From the human T2T-CHM13v2.0 reference genome, Homo sapiens, in NCBI RefSeq assembly GCF_009914755.1, contig NC_060947.1: a stretch of DNA of 64,000 nt; one strand, given 5' to 3'. The notes beneath the pieces are model-generated. The model was given only the letters and a program-made list of their open reading frames with translations, was not told the origin of the DNA and did not search any database. Each line of letters opens with the position of its first letter. The stretch's first letter is position 1. This document shows, piece after piece, positions 39,335-51,566 of the stretch. Made by a program: the position numbers and the translations under genes.

Positions 39335-41492
39335 TGTTACAGGATCTTTGTGGGTGTCACTTCACCAGCCAGAAACCTCTGTGGCCAGTGGTGCCGTTGC
39401 CTGAGTTTTGCTCTGGCCTGCTGGACTCATTCTGCCCACTCGGCCTGGCAGGCTGTGGTTGGCTTATGCTACCAGCCTGGATCCCACATCTTCCAAGGCA
39501 CGGAGCAATGAGGGGTGCGTGAGCGAGCATGGGGTCCAGTTGCTGCACACAGCCAGGCACACTGGCTGCAGTGGGGCAGGCAGCTCCAGGTGCCAGCATG
39601 GGCTCCGGCTCCCTTCAAGGCTGTGGCTGGACCAGGCATACCATAAGAAGCTTCCACAGCTGACACCAGGGCATGCAGTGACACCCAAAAGCTTGGAGAT
39701 GCCAGGAACTGCAAAGCCCTAAAGAAGGTGTCATAACCCTTGCTCAAGGAGCTCCAAGGTCTAGGCTCCCCAAAGGGCCACAGCACTTCTCTCCTTCTCT
39801 CTCTTCTTCTTCTTGTCATCTGCAATGTGGCAAGTAAGGGGCATGTTTCAGCCCTGGTTGTGTTACTGTTCTTTTAGCCCCCTCATTCAGTGGTTCCTGA
39901 GTTCTTGTCCTGTGTCTAGGAAGAATGAGGTACACAGACAAGTGGAGGGAGAGCAAGATGAAAAGGAGCTTTATTAAGTAATAGAACAGCTCAGAGGAGA
40001 CCTACAGTGGGTAGCCCATCTCCATAGCCAGGGTGTCCCAATGAGTGTTCAGTTCTTAGCAGAGAGGGTAGCTCCTCTCTACTAGGCAGTTTGTCCCAAC
40101 AAGTTTTCAGCTCTCAGCATATAGGATAGCTCCTCTCTGCTGGGAAGGTCATCCCAACAAGCATTCAGCTCTCAGCAGAGATGGTAGCTCTTCTCTGCAG
40201 GTAGGTCGTCCTATTGTCTCTTTGAGTCTGGCTGAGCTTGGGGCTTTTATGGGCCTCAGAGGGGAGAAGGTGTGTGCTGATTGGTCCATGAGCAGCCATG
40301 GGCAGTCCCAGAAAGAGCACCACAAGTTTCCACTCTGGTCCGTGGGACTGGCAGCCCAGTCCCAGGCTTCAAGCCCTCCCTGACTTGAAGGTGAGATTTC
40401 ATGGGGGACCTGCCCCCTTCCACCCAGAAGCCTGTCTGCCTCCTGCTGCTGTATATGGCTCCTGGGCTGTTCATGCCAAGGGGCACCTGCAGGCCAGTGC
40501 CAAGCTGCCCTAAGCATCCACCTCAGCCTCCCTCCCATGCTTGTCGGTGCCCAAGTCTGGAGGAGGCTGAGGCGGCAGAGGCCTAGTGTGTCAGCACCGT
40601 CCCAAGCATGTGCACACCTGGCCAGGCTGCAACAGTGCCTGGACTTGGCTCCAACCCTGCTCTGAGATTGGAGCAGGAGCCGGGGATAGGGAGAGGCCAG
40701 GCAGCAGGAGAAGACACCTCTAAGCCTGAAGGAGCAAGGGGATAGTCTTCCCAGGTGCCTAAAAGTACAGAGATGCCTGGATCCACAGCTGTAGCAGGGC
40801 AGCTGCAGCTGCACCTGGGATGGCAGGACTCCTGCCTGCTACTGGCCCCCGAGAGCACATGGAGGCCCAGGTCCACGGCTGTGACTTGGGTGCCTGCAGC
40901 TGTGCCCAGGAGGGTGAAGATCCTACCTGCTCCTGGATCCAGCCAGCTCTGTGGAGCATGGCACCACCCTGGGCCCAGATCCGCCTTGGGGCCCTACACT
41001 GCCAGCCCCTCCATGCCCAACCACATTGCTACCCTGCTGGTGGGTAACTCGATCTGGCCCCATCACGGCAGCTCCTAGCATGGTAGACTCCAGGGGGGCT
41101 CCCAGGGGTGGGATCCGGGGATTTCCCACCTTCTCTCTGCATTTTCCCTGCAACGGCAGCAGGCAAGGTTCAGGTGGCACTGGCCCCAGCCAACTCTGCA
41201 GAAACAAACTCGATGCTTTCAGGGATGGCCCCACCAGTCCTGGATGTGTCTTCAGCAAGGTGCTTGCAGGCTCCCAAGACAGGGTGGGGAGCGAGGCTGA
41301 TACCACAGCAGAGGCTCTGGGGCCATATGAGGGTGGGGGTGGCACAGTCGGCTGCCTCAGGGATGCGGGGCACAGGGGACCCACCACCACCACTTCTGCT
41401 CCTACAGCCATTCCTGCTGCCACCATCTGTGCCTCCCTGCTACAGCTGGCATGATGTCAGTGACCACCTTGGACAGCCTGCCACTGCCATCA
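39335..41492 (-). mobile_element. MER52-family long GC-rich ERV1 solo LTR (~2.16 kb; MER52D-like)
   Basis: Minus strand starts TGATGGCAGTGGCAGG and ends GATCCTGTAACA; AATAAA on minus at about 39970; TSD GAGT/TAGT. Confidence 0.85.
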
Positions 41493-41686
41493 TAGTGAGA
41501 AATTCTCCTGCTAGCTTTGAAGAAGCAAACACCATAATGTGAGTAGGCCTGTGAGAGAGCCATGTAGCGGGGAACCGTAGATGCTTCAGGAGCTGAGAGT
41601 AGCTCCGGAATGGCAGCCAAGATGAAAAGGGATATCTCAGTTCTACGACCACAAGGAACCTGATTCTGTAACTGACCATTTTTTAA

Positions 41687-42005
<319 letters not shown>

Positions 42006-42616
42006 TAAGTTAAAAGATCACTCTAAGGCTAAGATGAGAAACAATTTGGCCAACATCCTGATTTCATCCTTGGAAACCCTGAGCAGAGGATTGAGCTATG
42101 CTTTTCCTGTATTTCTGACCCATGAAAACCGTGAGATAATAAATGGAGATTGTTTGAAGCCACTGAATTTGTTGTACTTTGTTATGCAACAATAGAAAAC
42201 AGAGCAGATCAGTCACATCCTGGGATTAAATGCATAAAATAAGATTCTTATTCTGGAGCCTAAGTAATCTCTTAATTCTGGACCAATAAAGAAATTAATG
42301 GGAAGTCACATCTTTGTATAATCCCTCCAAGAAAATATAAGCTTCTGAATCTTACTGAAAAAATAGAATTATTTTTCACATCATTATTTCCAAAATCTTT
42401 CGCTGTCCTGTGACTCTAGAGGAAAGAGATAAAAATCCCCTTGTCAAGATTTCTCTGTTTATAACAGAAGGGCCTATAATTCCCCTTAACACCCAAGATT
42501 TGAGTAGATAATCTTAGTCTGTTATAAACAGGGCCCATAACATACCATGGTGAACTCTAGCATTCCATAGAAGAATTTCTTGAGTATTTCAACTGAGTCA
42601 AAGGAAATGTTTAGTG

Positions 42617-42836
42617 CAGGATTTCTCAACCTCAATCCAGTTGAAATTTGGGGCTAGATAATTATTTGTTGTGGGGGATATCTTGTGCACTGCATGGTGT
42701 TTAGCAGCATTCCTGGCCTCTACTCACTAATTTCCAGTAGCATCTCCCGAGTATTGACAACGAAATTTGTGTGCAAACATCACCAAATAATATCCTGTAG
42801 AGATAGAGGCAAAATTGTTCCTGGTTGAAACCACTG
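42617..42836 (-). mobile_element. MER20 (hAT-Charlie DNA transposon)
   Basis: TIR-like ends CAGGATTTCTCAACC and GGTTGAAACCACTG; internal TTTAGCAGCATTCCTGGCCTCTACTCACTA. Confidence 0.88.
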
Positions 42837-43244
42837 CATTAGCACAAGGTCTTTGTGAAACAACCTGAAGACCAATGGGAGGTGGTCATTGTGAGGGCAT
42901 TTGAAGACTAATAAAAGCAACAGTCTCCCACAGAGCAGGCCATGGTCCTCCCTTTCTTTCTTCTCACTGTGACATAGTGCCTTCATCACCTTCCTTTCCA
43001 TTGAACACTCTGTTCATTGGGAACTCGGATTCATCTGAGGCCCCAGGACACTCCATCACACTGTAAGTACTCTCCCCTGTTTCTCTCAGGGTGATCCTTC
43101 CATGCACATTTTCTCTCCTAATGTTCTAGCTTTTCAGTTTTAACACATACCTTAATACCACATTCTCCACCCTACAACCTTCACAGAGGCCGGTCAACTA
43201 CTTCCGAGCCAAGTCTCTCCTCCACTGTCTGGAGTGAGATGCGG

Positions 43245-43460
43245 CTGCAGCTGTGCCCAGGAGGGTGAAGATCCTACCTGCTCCTGGCTCCAGCCAGCTC
43301 TGTGGAGCATGGCACCACTCTGGGCCCAGATCTGCCTTGGGACTACTCCGCCCACCCCTCCACGCCCAATTACATTGCTACCCTGGTGGTGGGTAACTCG
43401 ATCTGGCCCCATCACGGCAGCCCCTAGCATGGTGACTCCGGGGGGGCTTCCAGGGGTGGG
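43245..43460 (-). mobile_element. Isolated MER52 fragment, near-copy of 40894-41112
   Basis: Same orientation as the upstream copy; roughly 92% identical by manual alignment. Confidence 0.9.
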
Positions 43461-44199
43461 CACGTGGGCTTTTGCCATGAGACTATGCTAAACGATGAGC
43501 TTTCTGATATGGAGTTCTCTGTGCCCAAGAGTTCAGGCCCATTCCACTGAGGTACACTGACAGGCACACTGATTTGAATCAGCTCCTAAGCCTCTGAACA
43601 CTCAGATTATAGGGTTAGAAAAGACAGACCTGGTGGCCTGAGGTGACATGTCCATTCTCACATCTCTTATCCACACAGAGTCCTCTGATTTGTCAAATTA
43701 GAGCTGTCAGGCTTCTGAAGTCTACATCCTCTGGCCACTCCTGACCTGACTTCAAGAGACTGGAGAAGCAGGAGAGGTGAGGGGTCCACCTCATTCATAG
43801 TGTGACTCTGAATAGTAAATGCTTCTTTCCTGTAAGAAGTTTTGTCCATGGAAAACTGAACCACAGTAGAAACTGCCAGTAAGACCCATTCTGAGTCACC
43901 AGTTACCCGTGGGATAAAGAAAATCGTATTTATCCTCTTGCTGGGTACTTTATACAGGACAGAAGCTACTCTCTCACACCTTACTTTAGTCAACAATGTT
44001 ACCATCCTACCTACGTGTGAAAATTGAATGGTGACTTATGGGAAGAGAGCCAGCAGTGAGCAAAGGCCTCTTCAATTCCATCAATGACATTCTAAGGGAT
44101 CTGGAATTCTTATTATTTAACCTTCTGAACTATCTTGAGGAGATATGTGCCCTGCTGAGGCAGGAATAATGGTCATGGAAGGCATTTTTATTTTTCACC

Positions 44200-45920
44200 C
44201 TAGTTATTTTTGTTCTTAAATTTATATGTTTGTGATAAAAATTCAAACATTATAAAAATACATAATGTGGGAGTGACATCCTTACAACCCCAGAAAGACA
44301 ATCGCTAATAGGATTAATGGTTCATATTTCTCCATTTTTCTTTTTATACATATTCAAACATATATTATTAATAGCATATTTCAAAGGGATTATACTATGC
44401 ATACTGTTTTGTAATTTATTTTTAAATATGTACTGTGATCAGGTTTTTATGACGGTATATATGTCTTTACCTCATTCTTGTTAATGACTGTATGGTTTGC
44501 CTTTGTATGGATATGCCACAATTCCTTTAGTCAGTTTCTTACTGTTGAACATAACATTATTTCCTATTATTTTTAATTATTAAAAGAAGAATAAACCACC
44601 CTTGTCTATTACCCTCTGTACACAGTAGTTTTATAAGATAGATGCATACAAGTAGAAATACTGACTAAAAGAATAGGGGAATTTTAGTTTTAAAAAGTAT
44701 TGTCAAATTAACCCCTCCCAAACTGTATTAATTTATATTCTCACTAAAAGAGTTAATAAGAATACTTAATTCTGCAGTATCTTGAAAACTTAGAGCTGGA
44801 AGAAATCATTTTTCCTCATTATTTGCTGAAACAATACGTGAAAAACAATAATCTCATGGTTACATTATTTCTCTTTTTGTAGCTATGTTACTTTTCATTA
44901 TTTGATTATTATTGAAGTAGAATGTCTTTTAAAAAGTTTATTGACTGTGTCTGTGTGTGTGTGTGTGTATGTTTCTATTCTATTATCCTTTGCTCATTTG
45001 CTTTTGAGCTACTCATTCTTTTCTTGCTTATCAATATAAATTCCCTGTATATTGTGATATTTATCATTTCTCTGTTATATATACTTCATGTTTGCAGTGA
45101 CTACAATATTTAACCTTCCCCATTGTGTATTTTGATGTACAATATTTTTAATTAATTAGCATATCTGTTCATCTGTTTATTATAGATTTTGTTTTCTTAG
45201 AAAAGTATTTTCTTTACAAAGATAATATAATTTTGAATATATGTGTGTGTATATATATGTATTTAACTAAAATAGTTAATTTTACCAGAATATTTTAGAA
45301 GGTATGACATAAAATACAAAATGAAACTTTCTTATATATAGCTATCCAATTCTCCCAACACAATTATTTCTAATTATCAAAAGAATAATAAACCACCTTT
45401 TTTACTGATTTAAAATAGGTTATAATAAATTTTCACAAACACAAAAATCTGTTTCTGAATTATTCCCTTGATCTACTTGTTAGTTTGTGTAGCAGTACTA
45501 CTCAGCTTAAATTACTTTCTTAGTATGTTTTCTCATCTTACAGGTCAATTCCCCTCATAAAATAAAAATATTTTGACAGTTCTCACTCATTTGTTTTTCT
45601 ATATGATCTTTTGGATTCAACTGTGAAGTTTCGAACTATGTTATTATTTTCATTAAAATTTCAATAAATTTATAAATTACTTTGGAGAGAAACAACAGTT
45701 TTAAAATACTGGGATCCCCAGTCCAACATCATAATATGCTTCATCATTTATTCATGCTTTCTTGATAAATTCAACAAAGATTTATAGCATTTTCTTTTAA
45801 GATCTCACATACTCATTGTCAAGCTTATTTATGATTTATGAAAGTTTAGAGTTTAGGTCACTGTTACCAACGGAATTTTTAAAATATACTTTAAAATGGC
45901 TATTACTGGTATATGGGAAA
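44200..45920 (-). mobile_element. Ancient L1 (L1ME-like) 3' portion
   Basis: Highly diverged T-rich antisense L1 blocks, e.g. GTATGGATATGCCACAATT, TATTGTCAAATT...ATTAATTTATATTCTCAC. Confidence 0.6.
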
Positions 45921-46066
45921 AATATATGTGTATCTCCTTTCATGACCAGCTGATTAGTTCTGTAATATAAAAAAGGCTATACTGATTAATATTTAGTACC
46001 TCAAACATTTACTAATTATTAGAATATAAATTATAAACTATATTTTAATTATAAAATTAAGAATTA

Positions 46067-46487
46067 GGTATATTTTTCCATTCTTGCACTGCTATAACAA
46101 AATACATGAGACTGGATAATGTATAAGAAAAAGACATTTAATTGGCTCATGGTTCTACAGACTTTACCGGAAGCATAGTGGCCTCTGTTTTGAGGGAGGC
46201 CTCAGGGAACTTATAATCATGGCAGAAGGGGAAGCAGGCATGTCTTACATGGCCAGAACAGGAGCAAGAGAGAGCGAGGTGGGGGGAGAGGCTACACACT
46301 TTAATATAACCAGCTCTCGTGAGAACTCCCTTACTCTCATGAATACACCACCGAGGTGATGGTGCTAAACCATTCACAAAGGATCAACCCCCAGGATCCA
46401 GTCACCTCCCACCAGGCCCTACCTCCAACACTGGGGATTACAATTCAACATGAGATTTGGGAGGGGACACAGATTCAAACCATATCA
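46067..46487 (-). mobile_element. MSTA solo LTR
   Basis: CATTCTTGCACTGCTATAA...GAGGCCTCAGGGAACTTATAATCATGGCAGAAG...GGGGACACAGATTCAAACCATATCA. Confidence 0.88.
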
Positions 46488-46934
46488 TTCAGCTTTCCCA
46501 ATTTCCTTGTTAATTAAATGTATTCAATAATATTGTTGTATTTGATGTTAAATGAAGATGAGTTTATAGTTAACATTTTAATAAATACAACTGGGCTGCA
46601 TGTGAACTACTGTGGGCACCATAGAAAACTATTTGAGTCCATCGTACAATATCAGTATTTTCAATTTCCCCTCTTACAGAGAGCACATGTCATCATGTGA
46701 ATCAGAGCCTGACACATAGTAGGCCCAGAAGAAATGTTTCCTGCATTGTATACTGTGAGAAAATAGTGGTGGTAGTATTAGATCATAATTCAAAGATGCT
46801 AAAGTTCAATAAGAGTATATATGACATGATTGATTTCTTTATCTTGGAGCCTACCTTTATCTCATAAATCTCTGTATGCTTTCTAATTTCTTGATTTGTC
46901 AAATAACGTTATGGAGAAATTATAGTTATCTTTT

Positions 46935-47160
46935 CTAAGGACTTACACTTTGTCCTATGTATTAACTCATTTAAACCTCACAACAATTCTTTGTGGTAGG
47001 TACTATCACTATATCCATTTTACAGATGAATAAACTGAGGCTTCTCAAGTTTCTGAACAATTTAAGTGATTTTCCCAAGGTCACACAGCTGGTAAGAAGA
47101 AATAGATCTTCACACAAGCCGTCTGGTTCCAGAGCCTGCTCACAGTATCTAGCTGCCTCT
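46935..47160 (-). mobile_element. MIR SINE
   Basis: ATTAACTCATTTAAACCTCA...CCATTTTACAGATGAATAAACTGAGGC...CCCAAGGTCACACAGCTGGTAAG core. Confidence 0.88.
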
Positions 47161-47969
47161 TTTTCCCACTGACTTTTCTTTTGGAGGGGGGACTCTTTTG
47201 AAAAATCTCTGCAAGGTGTATAAATTAAGTTGTCCAGATTGATAACAAGAATAAAGGTGATTTCATCTATTAAGAGTTTATTTCCAATGAACTTTCGACT
47301 GTCAATATTTTCCCCATGAGAATTAACATACATTCGGAGAATTTGGACTTACATTATCTTAAATGGTATTCTAATAACACAGGAAATTAATACCTAGGGA
47401 GAGGATATAATTCCCTAGGCTCACAGGAGGGATTAGTTGCAAAGAAGCAGGATCCAGGCCTTCTGTCAAAGGCTGATTTCACTATAATCACCTGGGAGGA
47501 TACACAATTTTGCTTTTAGACACTGAAACGACAAGAAGTTCACTACCATTTGGATGGGCCAAGATATGGCTGGTAAATTATAGGTCAGGATATGGCTGGG
47601 AAATTATGCCTTTTATGAGGTAGAATGCCGATACTAGGGATCAATCCATCTCTAAAAGCACAAAGTGTCCTTCTACAGTCAAACTCAGAAACCAAAAAGT
47701 TAATCCACAAAAGCTAAACATCTGTTTGTACTTGGCTGTCTCCCAGCAAGTGAACACTCATTTTACTTGAGCTTTTGTGTTTTTCTTGCAAATGATAAAC
47801 CTTTGGAAAATGTGAACATTTGTCCCGTTCATTATTGTGGTGAAACAAAGGTTTAGAGGAGAAAGAAGGGAGATTCAAACATTTTTGCAAACATCTCCCA
47901 CAGGCCAGCTGGTAGAATTATTGGCAAAGAGTACAGGCAGGACTAAACAAATGCGAATTTAAAAAGAAG

Positions 47970-47987
47970 AGAGAGACAGAGAGAGAG

Positions 47988-48018
<31 letters not shown>

Positions 48019-48028
48019 CTGTGTGTGT
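47970..48028. repeat. Compound (GA)n(GT)n microsatellite
   Basis: Direct reading. Confidence 0.95.
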
Positions 48029-49484
48029 TTCCAGGAATCTGTTTATAATAGAAATTAGCCTAACCAAATGTTTCTGAGAACTATCACTCAGCATCATCAT
48101 TCCAGCTGTGAAATGGTGCTAGTGAGGCAGACTATTCCCTATCATTGATCTAATGCAAAGGAGTAACCTCAATTAAAATAGTTAATGTGGCAAGATGGCC
48201 ATCACCAGGTATATCAACATCTCCTGGCAGGTTCACATGACATATTAGCCTCCAGCCACTGAATGTGTAAGTGAGCGGGACTTGTTTATTATCCTGGAAT
48301 GTTATAAACAAAGCAGATACAAATTTTGAATTAAAAGGACCTAACATATGTCTCTGTATAGAATATAAAGAATTTTAGATCACTTTGCTCTCCTCATGTA
48401 ATTAAACATAATCCAGATGTTACGTAGCACAATATGAAATGAAGGCCTTGAGTCTTACTTTTGGAAATAGCCTTAGATTGGCAAACAGAATACATGAGAA
48501 TTTTTGTAACATATTTTGTTCTCTACAAATCATATTCTCTGACTCACAAATTCCAGTACGTTATGTGCCTGTTCTCAAATGCAATAAAATGATTTTATTG
48601 TTTGATAACTTATGATAGCATAAAAATTTTTATAAGATGGCTGAATACGAAAAAGTATCTGTCTAGAATATAACATATTTCTCATAAAATAAACTTGCTA
48701 CTAAATTAGTCATATGTAAAAATCCTGAATTGTAATAACTCAAATATAAGCATGGAAAACACACTGTGCCTCATGACACAACAATGCTGTTATTTTTAAA
48801 GATAGTTTTTCCAAAATAATATTTTGAATTTTGACTCATCAGGATGTCTGTGGATTTATTAGACTCAATCAGGCACGAAAATCTTTCTTTTCCAATACTT
48901 GGTAAGAAGAAATGTATATAGGGACCTGATAAAATTCAAACAGGTCTTTCCTTCTCTCCCTTTCTTTTTTTATATATTGTCTGTCATCAGAATTATCTTT
49001 TATTCTAATGTGCTTCAAAATAATTTGTGTTATTTTCATGTCACTCACAAATATCCCCATTAAGTTCCACAGAGATATTCACACATATAAAACAGAATTA
49101 TACAATAGACAATGAGACAAATCATTATTTCAAATTATTCCACCCACATCAAATAGCTTCACTATACCTAATTAGAAATTTATCATTTGAAAATGCTTTT
49201 TATAATAGGTAAGCTTTTTAAAACAAATAAAAACAGTGCTGACATTTTAGAAGAAAATTATTTTATACAGTATCAAATACCTTTTATTTTCACCCTTACT
49301 GGTGTTCTATAAACCATAATAAAAATCCGTATTTTATTGGCAAAAACACAGGAAAACTATAAGTACTACAAACATCTACAAGTGCACACACACACACACA
49401 GTCATAAATATAAGCATACACATACTCCCTTATACAGAACACAGAACGTTATAGGGGAAAATAGATATAGGCTTGAGAGGAGAG

Positions 49485-51110
49485 GTAGAACAACATGGTT
49501 TGATAGAGCCCTCCAGTAAACATGACCCCACAGGAACACCAAATTGAACAACTATTCAGCAAGAAAGCACCGCCATAAGAACCAAAAAATCAGGTGAACA
49601 ATCACAGTACTTTGTTTTAACATCATAATTTTAAAAAGACATTGAAGATGGTAGGAAGGATAGTCTTGAATTGCCTACATCATCCATCCTGCAACCCTAG
49701 AAAGTTCAGTCTGAAGAAAGAATTTGTATGCTTGGGGGAGGGAGAGCAAAGTGAGTGTGGAAATTTACATTGGAACTCAGTGTTACTATGTCACACTGGA
49801 ACACAACACGGCAGAATTCTGCGGGCACCCACAGAGAGAGCATTTATACCAGACCAGGGCCGAAGAGGAATCCTTTGCCCCAAAAGGAGAAACCCCAGTC
49901 CCAGAAGTCTTCACCACCAGCTAACTGAAGTGGCCTGAGGCTTTGAATAAATTTGAGTGGCAGTCAGGCCACAAGGTTGCAGTCCCTGGGCAAGCCTTGG
50001 GGCTGCACTGGTCTTAGAGTCAATGGGCTTGGTGTGTGGCCCAATACAACACCAACTGTGGTAGCTACAGCATTGCCTACATCATTTCCCCCCTAACTCC
50101 AGGCAGTGCAATCAGGAAGAGACTCTTTCCACCTGGGGAAAAGAGAGAGACGATTACAGAGGACTTTGTCTTGTAATTTGGGTACAAGTTCAGCCACAGT
50201 AAAATAAAGCACCAGGCAGATTCTTGTTGCCCGTAAGTCTAGGCCTTTGCTCCTGGATGGTGTTTTTGAACTTACCCTGGGTCAGAAGGTGATTTGCTGC
50301 CTTGGTGGAACAGACCCAGTGCCAGCAGTATTCATGACCTGCTGACTAAAGAGGCCTTGGCCCTTGCATAAACATCGGGGACAGCCAGAGAGTAGAGACC
50401 ACAGGGCCTGGGTGAGCCCCACTACTGTGCTGGCCTAGGAAGCTAAGGACTTCTGGTGGGACCCATTAAGATGCCACGTTTCAGGGCCACAAAAGTGCCC
50501 ACATCTCCTTTTCCCAAACTCCAGGCAGCTCATCACAGAAAGAGACTCCTTTTGCATGGGAGAAAGAGAGTGAGAGACATCACCTGAAAACCCAGAGAAG
50601 TCTTCCTTGTTTTCTTCAAGTCCACCAAGGCTGTGTATCTAGGAGTCTGCAAGTGTTGCAGAGTTACGGGGCTTACGTCACCCCCTAGTGCTAAAATGGC
50701 TGCAGTAACCATAGGCTTAGGTCATGATACTCAATTTCCTTTAAATTCTAGGAAAGTGCTCTCAAGAAAGATGGGTACAAACCAGCCCAAACTCTGAGAA
50801 TAAATAACTAACTTGTTAAAACACAGACATAAACAAAGATCTAGAAGCATCAACAACACCCAAGAAAACATGACCTCACCAAACAGACTAAATAAGGCAC
50901 CAGTGACAAATCCTGGAATGACATAAGTATTTGACTGAAGATGGGGAATTCAAAATAGCTGTTTTGATAAGCTCAACAAACCAAAATAACACAGAAGGAG
51001 AATTCATAATTCCAACAGGTAATTTTTTTAAAAATTGAGATAATAAAATACATCAAACAGGTAGTCTGGAGCTGAAAAATTCAATTGGCAAACTAAAAAG
51101 TGCATCAGAA
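49485..51110 (+). mobile_element. L1M 5' end: 5' UTR plus first part of ORF1
   Basis: 5' tip ACACCAAATTGAACAACTAT...ATAAGAACCAAAAAATCAGGTGA; ORF1 start region ACATGACCTCACCAAA...GAATTCAAAATAGCTG at about 50868. Confidence 0.8.
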
Positions 51111-51566
51111 AGATCTGTTCCAATGATCCAAATACCAGCTTCGCAACTAGGATAGGGCACTGGGCAGAATCATGAGGCCCCCCCTTCCATGATCTACCTC
51201 CCAGAGGATATTTCTAGACATACCCTGAGCAAGAAGGGGACCTTCTTCCTTGACAAATAGGACTCAGTCCTGGCAGGATTTATCACCTGCTGATTAAAGA
51301 GCAGTTAGATCCTGAGTAATCAGCACCAACAGCCAGGTAGTATATGCTGTGGGTATTAGGTAAGACTCTGAGATGTGTGGGCTTCAAGGGTACTCATCAC
51401 ATTTTCAGCTGTGATAGCTACAGGAAGAGACTTATTCTGCTTGAGAAAAGCAGAAGAAATAGTAAAAGTGACTGTCCTGCACCTTTAGTACCAGGTCCAC
51501 CATAATGGAGTAGAACACCAAGCAGGTTCTTAGGGTCTTCAATTCCAGGCCTTGGCTCTTGAATGG

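Noticed and set aside
39260-41679. Dense cluster of long overlapping ORFs (up to 221 aa) in GC-rich DNA resembling a gene or CpG island
   Set aside because: Almost entirely within the MER52 LTR; ORFs are open on both strands because GC-rich DNA has few stops; no recognisable domain
46971-47333. 120-aa minus-strand ORF
   Set aside because: C-terminal half is translated MIR; no coding signature
47563-47607. 19-bp direct repeat GATATGGCTGG(T/G)AAATTAT
   Set aside because: Two copies only; an ordinary small tandem duplication, like the one at about 3146-3190
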